Below are positions 19,046-29,431 of a stretch of 64,000 bases of DNA, one piece after another (position 1 is the first letter of the stretch; every line of letters begins with the position of its first letter). The translations under genes were made by a program, and so were the position numbers. Where the stretch lies: NCBI GenBank assembly GCA_963822965.1, contig CAWGJT010000006.1:224001-288000 (forward strand), read 5' to 3'. The notes beneath the pieces are model-generated. The model was not told the DNA's origin. It searched no databases and saw only the letters and a list, made by a program, of their open reading frames with translations. Source of the stretch: an uncultured delta proteobacterium. Lineage in GTDB: Bacteria > Myxococcota_A > UBA9160 > UBA4427.

Positions 19046-19074
19046 TGGATAGGGACTCGGCCGAGGCAAGTCAA
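19046..19074 (-). promoter_or_regulatory. Possible sigma70 promoter for the bS22-like gene
   Basis: TTGACT-N17-TATCCA on the minus strand. Confidence 0.45.
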
Positions 19075-19131
19075 GACGAGCGGCGCGGGGAGGCGTGCGG
19101 AGCGGGTCTGGGAGCGGGTGCTCCCGCGGGG

Positions 19132-19707
19132 TCAGGCGGCGGCGTGATCCGGGGTCGGCTCCGCCTCGTCGTTCCGATCGTCCCGAGACGACCAGCGGGC
19201 GCCCCGGGTGAGCAGGTGGCGGGCGCTTCCGAGCCAGCGGTTCAGGACGTGACGCCGTGGCAGGAACCGCAGCACGGGCTCGCCACGCGAGCCCAGATCG
19301 TCGAGAAGCGCGTCGATGGCGATGTTGCCCGGGTCGATCATCCGCGCGCGGCGCAGGTAGCGCAGGCTCTCGGCCTTGAAGCCGAAGGCCAGGTTCAGCC
19401 GGGCGACGTTCAGATACAGATCGGGGTTGAAGAACTCCTGCTTGACCGCCGACTGGCACAGGTCCAGGGCCTCGTGGTAGCGGCCCCGCGCGAGCCCGAG
19501 CGAGAGACCGTAGAAGGACCGCACCTGGGCGTGTGCGCGGTTTCCGTCGAACACCGGACGCAGCACCTGCAGGGCTGCCTCCGGGTCTCCCTGTCGGAGC
19601 AGGTCGCGCGCCTGCGCGATCGCGACCTCCGACACGCCTCGCATCCGCACCGGGACCGGATCGTCGGTCGATCCAGATTCCTGGGGAACGGGGGGGTGGG
19701 TGCTCAT
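19132..19707 (-). CDS. Tetratricopeptide-repeat protein
   Basis: SFYGLSLG..EALDLC..AVKQEFFNPDLYLNVAR..DPGN; C-terminal PVLRFLPRRHVLNRWLG; AGGAG RBS. Confidence 0.8.
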   Translation of the reverse strand: MSTHPPVPQESGSTDDPVPVRMRGVSEVAIAQARDLLRQGDPEAALQVLRPVFDGNRAHAQVRSFYGLSLGLARGRYHEALDLCQSAVKQEFFNPDLYLNVARLNLAFGFKAESLRYLRRARMIDPGNIAIDALLDDLGSRGEPVLRFLPRRHVLNRWLGSARHLLTRGARWSSRDDRNDEAEPTPDHAAA

Positions 19708-19874
19708 GGTGGACTCCTGCCTTCCTTCCGCTCCTATCGGCAGGCAGTCGCCGGGCCCTGAGGCTTCCGACCCACACTATCTTGGGGTCGGCTGCCCGGG
19801 CGACGCGATCCTTCATGCAGCCGGACGGCAGGCGGCCGGCAACCCGCGCCGCGAAGTCGGCGCGCGGCGGGGCG

Positions 19875-21695
19875 TCAGCGGTCGAGCAGGCCGACCCGCT
19901 CCGACGCCTCGAACTCGGCGCGCAGGGCGTCGTAGTCCGCCCGCTTGAGCTCGCGATACGACGTGTCTCCCCGGCGCCGGAAGTAGATCGGCTCGTCGGA
20001 AAGCCGCCGGCGATCGAAGTGCTCCTGCTTGAGCGTCCGCACCAGGATCTTCTGGGTCTGCGTGTACGGGAACTCCTCGACGATCCGGACGAAGTCGGGG
20101 AACCACTTCTTGTCCATGCCCCCGCTCGAGACCTGGCGCTCGCAGAAGGCGAAGAACTCGCGGGCGTCGAAGCGGGCGCCTTCGCGAAGCTTCAGGGCGG
20201 CCATCACCCACTCGTCGGAAACCGGACACGGCACGCCGTAGGCGGCGGCCAGCACCACGTCGTCGTGCTCCTGGAGCAGCCGCGCCACCTGCGCGGCGGA
20301 GAAGTTCTCGCCGTCCTTGCGGATCCAGTCGTCGGTGCGGCCGTCGAAGTAGAGGTAGCGCTTGCCGTCCTGCAGGAGGACGTGTCCCAGGTCGCCCGAG
20401 TGGTAGACGCCGTCGCGGAACTTGCTGCGATTGGCGTTCTCGTTGGCGAAGTAGCCCTGGAAGAGCGCGGAGTCGGGAGCCACGCGACAGATCTCTCCCA
20501 CCGCTTGCGCGTAGTTGAGGATCTTGCCGTCGGCGTCGAGCTCCACCGCGGGGCACTCCTTGCCGGACTCGTCGAGGATGCGAACCGCCGGGTCGGAGAT
20601 CTCCCCCACGCAGCCCCGCGGATCGCCGCGGCGCCGGAAGGTGCTGATGGCCGCCTCGGTCGAGCCGTAGAGCTCGAGCATGTCCTCCAGCCCGAGCCAA
20701 CGCGTGAAGCGATCGATGTCGGGAGGCGACGCGCCGTTTCCCAGCGCGTACCGAAGGCCGTTGAGGGGACTGCCCGCCACCTCCTTCAGGATGCGCGGCT
20801 CGTCCCCGCCGTACTGTCGTTCGATGGCTCCCAGGATGTAGTGGACCGGCTCGCCCACGTAGTTCCAGAAGGTGACGCCGTGCTCGAAGACGTCCGGCAC
20901 GAAGCTCCCTGCGCTGAAGCGCTCGCGCAGCACCATGCTGGCACCGACGAACAGCGCCGGCTGAAAGCCGAGGAAGAGCGCGTTCGAGTGGAACAGGGGC
21001 ATGCACGCATAGCCGCGGTCGTCGGCGCCGAGCCCCAGGTTCCTCGACACCGTCATCCCGATCACGCAGAGCTTCATGTGGTTGTTGTTGATGCCCTTGG
21101 GCAGCCCCGTCGTGCCCGACGTGTAGATCACGACGAGATTCGTCCCGGGCGCCACCTCGACGTCGGGCGGCGCTTCGACGCTGCCCGGCGGTCCGACCTC
21201 GGCGTCCAGACGCGCGAGCAGGTCGTTCTCCGCCGGCACCTCGGCCCCGCCACGGGGCAGCACCAGGATGTCCGCCTCGCGCAGGTGCTCGAGATCGCCG
21301 CGCACCCGATCGAGGCGATCGAGCAGCGCTTCGTCTACCACGAGGATCCGCGCGCGCGACTGGTTCAGCACGCCCGCCAGGGTGTCGCCCTGCAGGCCGG
21401 TGTTGATGCCGAAGAGGGTCAGCCCCGCGTACCCGCAGCCCCCGTAGAGGGCGAGCAGCTCCAGGTGGTTCTCGAGCAGCATCGCCACGTGGCCCGGGCG
21501 CTCGTCGCTGATCTCCCCCAGCCTGGCCGTGAGAAAGTGCGCGTAGCGCAGGCACTCCTCGCGATAGCGGCGAAACGTCCACGAGCGCTCGTGCTGGACC
21601 AGGAAGGTCCGGTCGGCATTGGCGGGATCCTGTGCGCGGGCGTCGATCAATGCACCCAGGGTGAGCGGGGGTGTAGCAGCAGCGGGATTCGACAC
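19875..21695 (-). CDS. Acyl-CoA synthetase / AMP-binding protein (FadD1/FadD17-like)
   Basis: IYTSGTTGLPKG, MPLFHSNA, YGSTE, YHSGDLG, GRTDDWIRKDGENF, TQKI. Confidence 0.9.
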   Translation of the reverse strand: MSNPAAATPPLTLGALIDARAQDPANADRTFLVQHERSWTFRRYREECLRYAHFLTARLGEISDERPGHVAMLLENHLELLALYGGCGYAGLTLFGINTGLQGDTLAGVLNQSRARILVVDEALLDRLDRVRGDLEHLREADILVLPRGGAEVPAENDLLARLDAEVGPPGSVEAPPDVEVAPGTNLVVIYTSGTTGLPKGINNNHMKLCVIGMTVSRNLGLGADDRGYACMPLFHSNALFLGFQPALFVGASMVLRERFSAGSFVPDVFEHGVTFWNYVGEPVHYILGAIERQYGGDEPRILKEVAGSPLNGLRYALGNGASPPDIDRFTRWLGLEDMLELYGSTEAAISTFRRRGDPRGCVGEISDPAVRILDESGKECPAVELDADGKILNYAQAVGEICRVAPDSALFQGYFANENANRSKFRDGVYHSGDLGHVLLQDGKRYLYFDGRTDDWIRKDGENFSAAQVARLLQEHDDVVLAAAYGVPCPVSDEWVMAALKLREGARFDAREFFAFCERQVSSGGMDKKWFPDFVRIVEEFPYTQTQKILVRTLKQEHFDRRRLSDEPIYFRRRGDTSYRELKRADYDALRAEFEASERVGLLDR

Positions 21696-21830
21696 GATTC
21701 CTCCTTGCGTTCGTCGCGGCCTGGGAGTCGCCGGAGCGCTTGCGAATCACGAGGAGAGGGCGCCGGGGCCCACCTGCCGGGGCCGGCGCCCCGCCGCGCG
21801 CGGCCGGGGACGCACCGTGGGGTGCGAGCG

Positions 21831-22067
21831 CTAGTACTCGATGATCTCGAGGATGTAGCGCTTCTTCTCCTTGCCGCTCGCCGCCGCCATCAGGGTCCGG
21901 ATCGCGGAGGCGTGAGCGCCTCCCTTCCCGATCACCTTTCCGAGGTCTTCCTTGGCGACGCGGAGCTCGAGAACGTGCGCATGTTCTCCCACCACTTCCT
22001 TGATCTGCACGTCATCCGGTCTGTCGACGAGCGCCCGGACGATGTCCTCGATGAGCTGCCTCATCAT
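21831..22067 (-). CDS. khpA: KH-domain RNA-binding protein (KhpA/UPF0109)
   Basis: LIEDIVRALVDRPDDV, LELRVAKEDLGKVIGKGG, AIRTL, ILEI. Confidence 0.85.
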   Translation of the reverse strand: MMRQLIEDIVRALVDRPDDVQIKEVVGEHAHVLELRVAKEDLGKVIGKGGAHASAIRTLMAAASGKEKKRYILEIIEY

Positions 22068-22449
22068 CCTGCTCTTCTCCACCGCTCGCTTCCGCCATCG
22101 AGATCGACGACGGCCGTACGCCACTCGGGATCACAAGCGCTTCTCGCGACTTCCGTTCGGACTTGCCGACAGTCTACGCCGAATGCCGGAGCCGAGGCGA
22201 GGCCGAAGCGAGATCGATGGGCACATTGTGGCTCGCGGCGGTGCGCGCCAGGACGAAGGACCGGGCATCCGCGGAGCGCACGGGCCGACCCCTCGGGGTC
22301 CGAGCCCGCTCCTTGCGGCCGACGTCGGCCCAGTCTGTCGGAAGGCAGCTGGCAGGACGACACGACGTACGCGGTCGCAACATGGGGCTCGTTGCACGCA
22401 CCGCCGCCCCGAGCGCTGCGCACGGAGCCGCGCGAGCGGCGGTGGAGCC

Positions 22450-23316
22450 TCAGGCGCCGGCGGGCGGAACCAGGGACGTACGCGCCGGCGTGGCGCGCCA
22501 GGCGAACCGAGCGCCCCCCAGGCCCGCCAGGCGGAGCACCGGAACCCGCCGGGCCAGCACGGTCGCTGCCTCCACGATGGGATCGACGTGTGACGCCGAC
22601 CCGAGCGGCGCGAAGGCGAACCGCAGGAGCTCGGCGGCGGCGATCTCGGGATCGAGGGTGGCCGCCACCGTGTCGTCGTCCGCGGCGGAATCCAGCAGGT
22701 GCAGGCCTTCGAGACGAGCGCCGAGGGCGTTCCGGGAGCGCGCACCCGACCGAAGGGTGGAGGGAAGCGGATAGACGTCGAAGCCTTCGCGTCCGGGCTG
22801 GAGGACCAGCCAGCCGGACCACAGGGCCGTGGAGGGGCCCGGAGGCGCGGGCGTCGCGTCGCCCAGGATCACCAGCGCACGCCCCTGCCTCACCGCCGCC
22901 ATCGCTCGCAGCACGAGTCCGCCGGCAGCGATCACGCGATGGATGAGGAGCAGATCGTCGAGCGGGCTCGCCAACGGGAAGACGCCGGCCCGGGCCGCCG
23001 CATCGGGAAGCGCGATGCGCGCCCAGCGAAAGGCCGGGTCGAAGCGCGCCACGCGACCGTCCCGGACGATGTGCACCACGTGGTCACGGCCTTCGCGCCC
23101 CGCCTCGAACACCCGGCCCTGGTGTGCGTACCGCAGCACGTCACACGCGGGAGAAGGCTGCCTCAATCGCTCTACGGAGACGTGGACGTCGGCGTCTTCG
23201 GGATGACAGGTGCGGTCGACCAGCGCCTCCGGCCATTGCCACTCGACTGCCGCCGGCACCTCGATTGCCAGCTTGACGCCCGCCCACGCGAAGCCGCGAA
23301 GCCTCGTCCTGCCCAT
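22450..23316 (-). CDS. Hypothetical protein resembling HprK-related P-loop kinases but with a degenerate Walker A
   Basis: PLDDLLLIHRV..GGLVLRAMAAVRQGRALVILGDATPAPPGPSTA, VYPLPS, AAELLRFAFAP. Confidence 0.55.
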   Translation of the reverse strand: MGRTRLRGFAWAGVKLAIEVPAAVEWQWPEALVDRTCHPEDADVHVSVERLRQPSPACDVLRYAHQGRVFEAGREGRDHVVHIVRDGRVARFDPAFRWARIALPDAAARAGVFPLASPLDDLLLIHRVIAAGGLVLRAMAAVRQGRALVILGDATPAPPGPSTALWSGWLVLQPGREGFDVYPLPSTLRSGARSRNALGARLEGLHLLDSAADDDTVAATLDPEIAAAELLRFAFAPLGSASHVDPIVEAATVLARRVPVLRLAGLGGARFAWRATPARTSLVPPAGA

Positions 23317-23739
23317 GCTGCTCCCCCCAGAGCCGGTCGGGGAGCGCGTCCGCGACCGTTCGAATTCCGCCCACGCCTGCAACGGATCGGCAATTTTCCG
23401 CTCGGCTTGATGCGAAATCGTCCGGACCGGTCCAATTCGGCCGGGACGCCGGCGAATTCCCCGGCCCTCACGACCCCGGCCTCGAGGGGATTGGAAGATC
23501 GGCCGAAGCTGATGTACGAATGGACCCGACCGCGATGAGCCAGGAACGAACCACGACCAGTAGGCCCCCCGGGCCAGAGCCCTTCGGAGCCGGTGCCGTG
23601 CATCCGCGCGCGGCCCGCTTCCGGGCGAAGGAACCGATGCGCCCCACCTGATCGCCGCTGCGGCGTTCCGGGGAGGCCACCGGAACGACTGCCGCATGCA
23701 GTCCATGCTGCAGCGTGGCAAGAGCGGCGAGAGCGCGAC

Positions 23740-25089
23740 ATGGCCAAGCCCGTCGTCACAGCACGAATCCTCCGCCGGCTGCTGAGCAGCGGCGTATACA
23801 CGCGTGCCGAGCGCCTGCTGGCACGGGTGCATCCCGCCGACCTGGGCCCCCTCCTCGCCGCTCTCACCGCGGACGAGATCCGCATCGTGATCGACCTGCT
23901 CTTCCGGCAGCGGCGCGCGGCCGAGACCTTGGCCGAGCTGCCGCCGGAGCTGCTGGCGGTGGTCTTCGACGCGGTCAGCGACGAGCGGCTCGCCGAGATG
24001 CTGGTGCGCCTGGAGATCGACGACCGCCTCGACCTCGTCCACGGCATCCCCGAGGAGCGCCGCACCGCGGTCGTCGAGCGGCTGCCGCCGCACGTCCGGG
24101 ACGAGCTGCGCAAGGCGGAGCTGTATCCGGCGAGCAGCGCCGGGCGCGTCATGACCACCGCGTTCATCGCCCTGGACGAGAAGATGACCGCCCAGGAGGC
24201 GATCGATTCGATCCGGGCGGCCGGCGAGAGCGAGGGACCGCTCCTCTATCTCTACGTGCTCGACGAGGTCCGCCGGCTGCGCGGCGTCGTTCCGATCCGC
24301 CGGCTCGTCGCCGCGCCCCCGGACTCGCGTTGCGGCGATCTCACCGTGGAAGTGCCCGCGAGCGTGCACCCGGAGGCGGACCAGGAGGAGGTGGCCCAGC
24401 TGGTGGCCCGCTACGACCTGCTGGCCATTCCGGTGACCGACGTGGACGGGACCATGCTGGGCGTCATCACCGTCGACGACGTGATCGACGTCATCACCGA
24501 GGAGGCCACCGAGGACATGTACCACCTGGCCGGCCTCTCCGAGGAGGACCGGGTCTTCAGCCCGGCGCCCCTGGCGATCCGGAAGCGCCTGCCCTGGATG
24601 GTCGTGAACCTCGGCACCGCCTTCGCCGCAGCCCTGGTGGTCTCCCTGTTCCGGGACACCATCGAGCAGACCGTCGCCCTCGCCTTCTTCCTGCCGGTGG
24701 TCGCGGGCATGGGCGGCAACGGCGGCATCCAGACCCTGACGGTCATCACGCGCGGCATCGCACTCGGCGAGATCGAGTTCTCGACGGGGCTGCGCGCGAT
24801 GCTGAAGGAGATGGTGGTGGGCCTGGCGATCGGGCTCGCCACGGGGCTGCTGGGCGGCGGCCTGGCGTGGCTCTGGAACGGCAGCGCGATGCTGGGCGTG
24901 GTCCTGTTCCTGGCGATGGTGGTCACGCTCACCATGGCGGGCTTCATGGGCGCCGCGGTGCCCCTGGCCCTCAAGGCCCTGCGCCAGGACCCGGCCCTCG
25001 GTGCCGGGGTGATCGTCACCACCCTCACCGACGCCATCGCCTTCCTGACCTTCCTCGGCACCGCCACCCTGCTGCTCGACCGGCTCTGA
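23740..25089 (+). CDS. mgtE: Magnesium transporter MgtE
   Basis: HPADL, CBS pair (SAGRVMTT; YDLLAIPV; GVITVDDVID), KRLPW, GMGGNGGIQ, DPALG. Confidence 0.95.
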   Translation: MAKPVVTARILRRLLSSGVYTRAERLLARVHPADLGPLLAALTADEIRIVIDLLFRQRRAAETLAELPPELLAVVFDAVSDERLAEMLVRLEIDDRLDLVHGIPEERRTAVVERLPPHVRDELRKAELYPASSAGRVMTTAFIALDEKMTAQEAIDSIRAAGESEGPLLYLYVLDEVRRLRGVVPIRRLVAAPPDSRCGDLTVEVPASVHPEADQEEVAQLVARYDLLAIPVTDVDGTMLGVITVDDVIDVITEEATEDMYHLAGLSEEDRVFSPAPLAIRKRLPWMVVNLGTAFAAALVVSLFRDTIEQTVALAFFLPVVAGMGGNGGIQTLTVITRGIALGEIEFSTGLRAMLKEMVVGLAIGLATGLLGGGLAWLWNGSAMLGVVLFLAMVVTLTMAGFMGAAVPLALKALRQDPALGAGVIVTTLTDAIAFLTFLGTATLLLDRL

Positions 25090-25186
25090 CCGTCCTGCTG
25101 CTACGGGCTCTGACCGTCCTGCTGCTACGGGCTCCGACCGTCCTGCTGCTACGGGCTCCGACCGCCGCGCTGCTCGATGGGCTCCG
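25082..25186 (+). repeat. 24-bp tandem repeat (about 4 copies) starting at the mgtE stop
   Basis: GGCTC(T/C)GACCGTCCTGCTGCTACG x3 plus a degenerate fourth copy. Confidence 0.9.
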
Positions 25187-25200
25187 GCGAACGTGACGGG

Positions 25201-25896
25201 CTACAGCGCGTAGGTCGCCTCGAGATAGCGGACGATGTCGGCCGACTCGAACAGGTGCGTCCCGGTGTTGGGATCGACGAGCCAGGGGACCATCATGCGG
25301 CCCGAGCGCGACACGAAGGCTTCGCGTCCCGGGCTCCCCTTCGCGACGTTGTGGAGCCGATAGGGCAGCTCCAGCGTGCAGAGCGCTTCGCGCGCGAGCC
25401 GGCAGAACGGAGAAGCCTCGAAGCTGTAGAGCTCCAGCGGCTGCTCGGGCGACCGCGCCCTCCGGTAGTGCGAGCCGTAGCCCACGCGCGGCAATCCCGC
25501 GAGGATCGAGCTGGCGTCCCGAAGAACCGGGGCGGAGAGCACGAACGGAACCCGTCCGTCTCCGTACCGATCGAACAGGTAGCGGACGATGTCGTCCGAC
25601 TCGTACATCTCCGTATCCGTGTTCGGGTCGACCAGGAACGGGAACTGCGCCTTTCCCCCGCGCCGCTTCACCTCCTCCCGGAAGCGCGGTCCGCCCTTCG
25701 GACACGGTCGCACGTCCGCCCCGAGGTCCAGAATGGAGAGCGCCTCCCGCACCTTGCGGCAGTACGGGCAGTTCTCGAACTCGTACAGCTCGAGAACCTT
25801 CTCCGGACGGCGCCCGATGGCGCCCACCTGCAGGCCCCCTGCCCCACTCAGGAGCGTCGAGAGGAGCGAGGTCGAGACGTCGACGATGCGGGACAT
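25201..25896 (-). CDS. Tandem GST N-terminal (thioredoxin-fold) domain protein
   Basis: LELYEFENCPYCRKVRE..FPFLVDPNT..ESDDI repeated as LELYSFEASPFCR..PWLVDPNT..ESADI. Confidence 0.88.
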   Translation of the reverse strand: MSRIVDVSTSLLSTLLSGAGGLQVGAIGRRPEKVLELYEFENCPYCRKVREALSILDLGADVRPCPKGGPRFREEVKRRGGKAQFPFLVDPNTDTEMYESDDIVRYLFDRYGDGRVPFVLSAPVLRDASSILAGLPRVGYGSHYRRARSPEQPLELYSFEASPFCRLAREALCTLELPYRLHNVAKGSPGREAFVSRSGRMMVPWLVDPNTGTHLFESADIVRYLEATYAL

Positions 25897-25964
25897 GGAA
25901 CCTCCGGCCCGGGTCGGGCCCCGCCGTTCGAGGCGCTCCCACGGGCAGAGCCGGCGAGCGCTCT

Positions 25965-28790
25965 TCAGGGTGTCGGGTCGGGCACCGGCTTCGGCGTTTC
26001 GACGGTCGCGGAGAGCACGCGTCGCGTCCACCCCTCCGGACCGCGCACCAGCTCCTGGGTCGGCCAGTACTCGAGATCGAGCTTCAGGGTGATCACCTCG
26101 ACCCGGCCGTCGAGATCCACCGTCTGCAGCCGCACCGAGCCACGGTCCGGCACGTCGGCCACGGCCTGCTCGAAGGCGTCGAGATCCGGCGTCGCGACGC
26201 TGTTGACGGCCAGCACCCGGCGGGTCGCGCTGAAGTCGTAGCGGTTCGCGGGCGAGCCATACCAGTAACGCGCGTTGTACACCCCCCACGGCTCGATTCC
26301 CCGCTGGGTCGCGAGCGCCCGCATCGGGGCCTGCAGGATCGCGCCGCCCCACAGCAGCGCGCGCTCGGTGCCCACGCCGGGCAGCTCCCGGGTCGGCAGC
26401 ACGAGATCCAGCATCTCGCCGTCCCGGAGCACCGTCATCGGGACGGTCGGTTGCTGCGAGGCGTGCTCGACCTCCTCGAAGCGCGTCACCGGCTCGCCGC
26501 CGATGGCCAGCAGGATGTCGCCGGTGCGCAGCAGCTCGGCGCTGGGCGCTCCCGCGGTGAGCCGCGCCACCGAGAGCGCCCGACGGCCCTCGGGGTCGTG
26601 CTCCTCCAGGAGGCGCGCCTGCTCGTCCGAGAGCCCGCGGCTGCGGGCGTCGGCGATGGTGAGGGGCGCCAGCTCGACCTCGATGGAGCGCCGCGCCACG
26701 GGACGGCCTTCGCGAAGGGGCTCGACCATGTCGATCACCTGGTCGATGGGGATTCCCGCGAAGAACGAGCTCAGGCCCTTCCCGGTGTCCCGCGAGTACG
26801 AGGCCCAGAATGCGAGCACCCGGCCCTTCTTGTCGGCGAGCACGCCACCCACGCTGGCCGCGGGATCGTCCACCTCGACGAGCTCCATGTTCATCTCGCG
26901 GAAGCGCGGCGGATGCGGCAGCGGGAGCACGAAGGGACCGACGCCCGAGATGCGCGTCTCGCGCGAGACGATCTCCTGGCGCGGGCTCAAGCCCACCATC
27001 CAGACGCGATCGCCGTTGCGGAGCTCCTTGTCGCGCAGGGTGGCGTTCTCAACGGGCGTCTCGCCGATCAGCGCCGGGTCGTAGGAGACGACCGCGAGAT
27101 TGTGCTCCGGGTGCAGGTAGACGAGCTTCCCCGGAACCTCCACCGAGCCCCCGAAGCGAATGGTGATGTCGCCCAGGGCGATGGGGACCGTCTCGCGGTC
27201 CACCACCACGAGCCCCCGCTTCGTGTCGACGATCAGGCCGGCCCCCTCGAAGCGATCGCCGTGGACGCCGTCGACGCGGTACGGAACGTCGAACTCCACC
27301 ACGACGATCGACGGCGCCAGCTCCTCTACCGGACCGTCGCCCTCGACCTCCAGCTCGGTGGTGGCGGGCTCGAGGGGCGGAGCGGGTGGCGCCGGCGCCG
27401 ACGCCTGGCAGGGCCAGTGGCCCGTCGAGTCGTCCCGGGTGCAGAGCTCCATGCCGAACCACCGCCGGCTCACGCGGATGACGGCGACGTTCTCGCTGCG
27501 TGGGTTTCCGAGCAGGTAGTATCGCAACGTCACCTGCCCACCCTCGGGCACCGCCGCCAGCACCCGCTCGAAATCCTGCAGGGTCGGCACCGGGGTGCCA
27601 TCCACGGCCGTGATCACCGCACCCCGAGGCACCCCGGCCTGGGACAGCATGTAGCCGGGCGAGGCCGTGTAGACGCCTCCTGCCGGCACCGAGTAGTTCC
27701 GGGCGAGCTGGTAGGACAGCCGATTGAAGACACCACCCCCGGCCTCGACGAAGGCATCGGGCGTGATGGCGTGCAGATCGCCCACCTCGATCTCGACCTC
27801 GAGGGGCTCGCCGCCGCGCTCGACCGAGAGCTCGACCGTCTGGCCGACCCGGTCGTCGATCAGGGACTCGATGGGCAGGAAGCTGGTGACGAGCTTCCCC
27901 TCGATGTGGGTGAGGATGTCGCCTGGCTGGAGCAGGCCGTCGGCCGGCCCTCCCGGGACCACCTGGTCGATGACGATCATGCCCGTGCCGGACGGAAAGG
28001 CCGCCCGCACCGCGCGCTCCGTCTCCGGCCGCAGGCCGAGACGCCGCAGCTCGTCGTACGGGCGGTGCAGGAAGATCGTCTGGAGGGTTCCCCGGGTGAC
28101 GGGCTTCCCGGCCTGCAGCAGCTTCAGGGCGCGCACGACGCGGTCCAGGGGCAGGTAGAAGCTCGAGGCGGCCATGCGACTGCCCCCGGCGTTGAGGGCG
28201 ATCACCTTGCCGTCGATGTCCACCACCGGCGAGCCGGACGATCCGCCGGAGGTCGACGAGGCCGCCTGGTAGTAGAACGTGTTGAAGTCGTTGAAGCCGG
28301 TCTGGCCGTAGAACGGAGCCTCCCGATCGAGCCGCGCCAGGGTGCCGGCCAGGATCGACAGCTTTTCCCCCGCGTCGTTGCCGATGACCCGGATGTCCAC
28401 GCCGACCCGAGCGCGCTCCGGCGCCAGGTCGAGCTGCGCGAGCTTCATGAACTTCACGTCCTTCGGGTCGAAGCGATAGAACCCGAAGTCGTGAACCGGA
28501 TCGCGATACAGCGCGTGGAGATCCACCTCCTCGTTGTCGAGGAAGACGCCCTCCGCCACCACCGGCCCCGGCATCACCACGTGGCGGTTCGTGAGGATCA
28601 GTCCCCGCTCGGCGTCCACCACGAAGCCCGTGGCGGTCTGGTAGCCGGCCACCACGTCGTCGAAGGAACGCGGTGCGTTCACCCGCATCACGACGATGGC
28701 GGGAACCACCCGGTCCAGCATCTTCTGCCAGCCGTTCTGCGGTGCGACGACGGCGACGGCTGCCAGTAGCAGCCCCGAGAGCGCCTTCAT
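25965..28790 (-). CDS. Nma111/DEG7-like double HtrA serine protease with PDZ domains (941 aa, signal peptide)
   Basis: [68 protein letters not shown]; second, degenerate protease domain; [10 protein letters not shown]. Confidence 0.88.
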   Translation of the reverse strand: MKALSGLLLAAVAVVAPQNGWQKMLDRVVPAIVVMRVNAPRSFDDVVAGYQTATGFVVDAERGLILTNRHVVMPGPVVAEGVFLDNEEVDLHALYRDPVHDFGFYRFDPKDVKFMKLAQLDLAPERARVGVDIRVIGNDAGEKLSILAGTLARLDREAPFYGQTGFNDFNTFYYQAASSTSGGSSGSPVVDIDGKVIALNAGGSRMAASSFYLPLDRVVRALKLLQAGKPVTRGTLQTIFLHRPYDELRRLGLRPETERAVRAAFPSGTGMIVIDQVVPGGPADGLLQPGDILTHIEGKLVTSFLPIESLIDDRVGQTVELSVERGGEPLEVEIEVGDLHAITPDAFVEAGGGVFNRLSYQLARNYSVPAGGVYTASPGYMLSQAGVPRGAVITAVDGTPVPTLQDFERVLAAVPEGGQVTLRYYLLGNPRSENVAVIRVSRRWFGMELCTRDDSTGHWPCQASAPAPPAPPLEPATTELEVEGDGPVEELAPSIVVVEFDVPYRVDGVHGDRFEGAGLIVDTKRGLVVVDRETVPIALGDITIRFGGSVEVPGKLVYLHPEHNLAVVSYDPALIGETPVENATLRDKELRNGDRVWMVGLSPRQEIVSRETRISGVGPFVLPLPHPPRFREMNMELVEVDDPAASVGGVLADKKGRVLAFWASYSRDTGKGLSSFFAGIPIDQVIDMVEPLREGRPVARRSIEVELAPLTIADARSRGLSDEQARLLEEHDPEGRRALSVARLTAGAPSAELLRTGDILLAIGGEPVTRFEEVEHASQQPTVPMTVLRDGEMLDLVLPTRELPGVGTERALLWGGAILQAPMRALATQRGIEPWGVYNARYWYGSPANRYDFSATRRVLAVNSVATPDLDAFEQAVADVPDRGSVRLQTVDLDGRVEVITLKLDLEYWPTQELVRGPEGWTRRVLSATVETPKPVPDPTP

Positions 28791-29431
28791 CGCGCCCCCG
28801 TCGTTTCCGACGGCTTGGACGGGGAGTGCAGGTGCTGCGAGAGGGTGCGATCGAGATAGGTCTTCACGTATTTCCCGAGGATGTCGGCTTCGAGGTTGAC
28901 CCGTTGGCCGGGGCGGCACGCCGAGAGCGTCGTCTCGGCGAGGGTATGGGGGATGAGAACGACGTCGAAGCCCTGCGGTTCCGCTCGGACCACCGTGAGG
29001 GAGACCCCGTCGATGGTGACCGATCCCTTGTCGACCAGCAGCCCCGCCAGCTCCGGGTCGCATTCGACGAAGAGCTGGACGTCGTCGCCCTGGCGCGCGA
29101 GCCGCCGGACGCGACCGACCCCGTCGACGTGGCCCTGCACGATGTGGCCGTCGAGGCGACCGTCGGCCCGCATGGCGCGCTCGAGGTTGACCCGCGCACC
29201 CGGCGCGAGATCGCCCAATGCCGAGCGATCCAGGGTCTCCCGCACCGCGTCGAACCCGAGATGCCGGTCTTCGACGGCGGTCACGGTGAGACACACCCCG
29301 TTGACCGCGACGCTGTCGCCCAGGGAGACGCCCTCGCCGGCGCGCCCCGCCCGGATGCGGAGCCGCACGAGCTCCCCCTCCCGCGACAGCGACTCCACCT
29401 CCCCGACTGCCTCGACGATGCCGGTGAACAT
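28787..29431 (-). CDS. ribE: Riboflavin synthase (alpha chain)
   Basis: [46 protein letters not shown]. Confidence 0.96.
   Translation of the reverse strand: MFTGIVEAVGEVESLSREGELVRLRIRAGRAGEGVSLGDSVAVNGVCLTVTAVEDRHLGFDAVRETLDRSALGDLAPGARVNLERAMRADGRLDGHIVQGHVDGVGRVRRLARQGDDVQLFVECDPELAGLLVDKGSVTIDGVSLTVVRAEPQGFDVVLIPHTLAETTLSACRPGQRVNLEADILGKYVKTYLDRTLSQHLHSPSKPSETTGAR

Noticed and set aside
23320..23740. M-box (Mg2+) riboswitch upstream of mgtE
   Set aside because: I could not find the conserved ykoK motifs or a terminator by eye; cmscan would settle it.
25082..25186. CRISPR-like array (also 44929-45040)
   Set aside because: Units are directly adjacent with no unique spacers, and there are no cas genes in the window.
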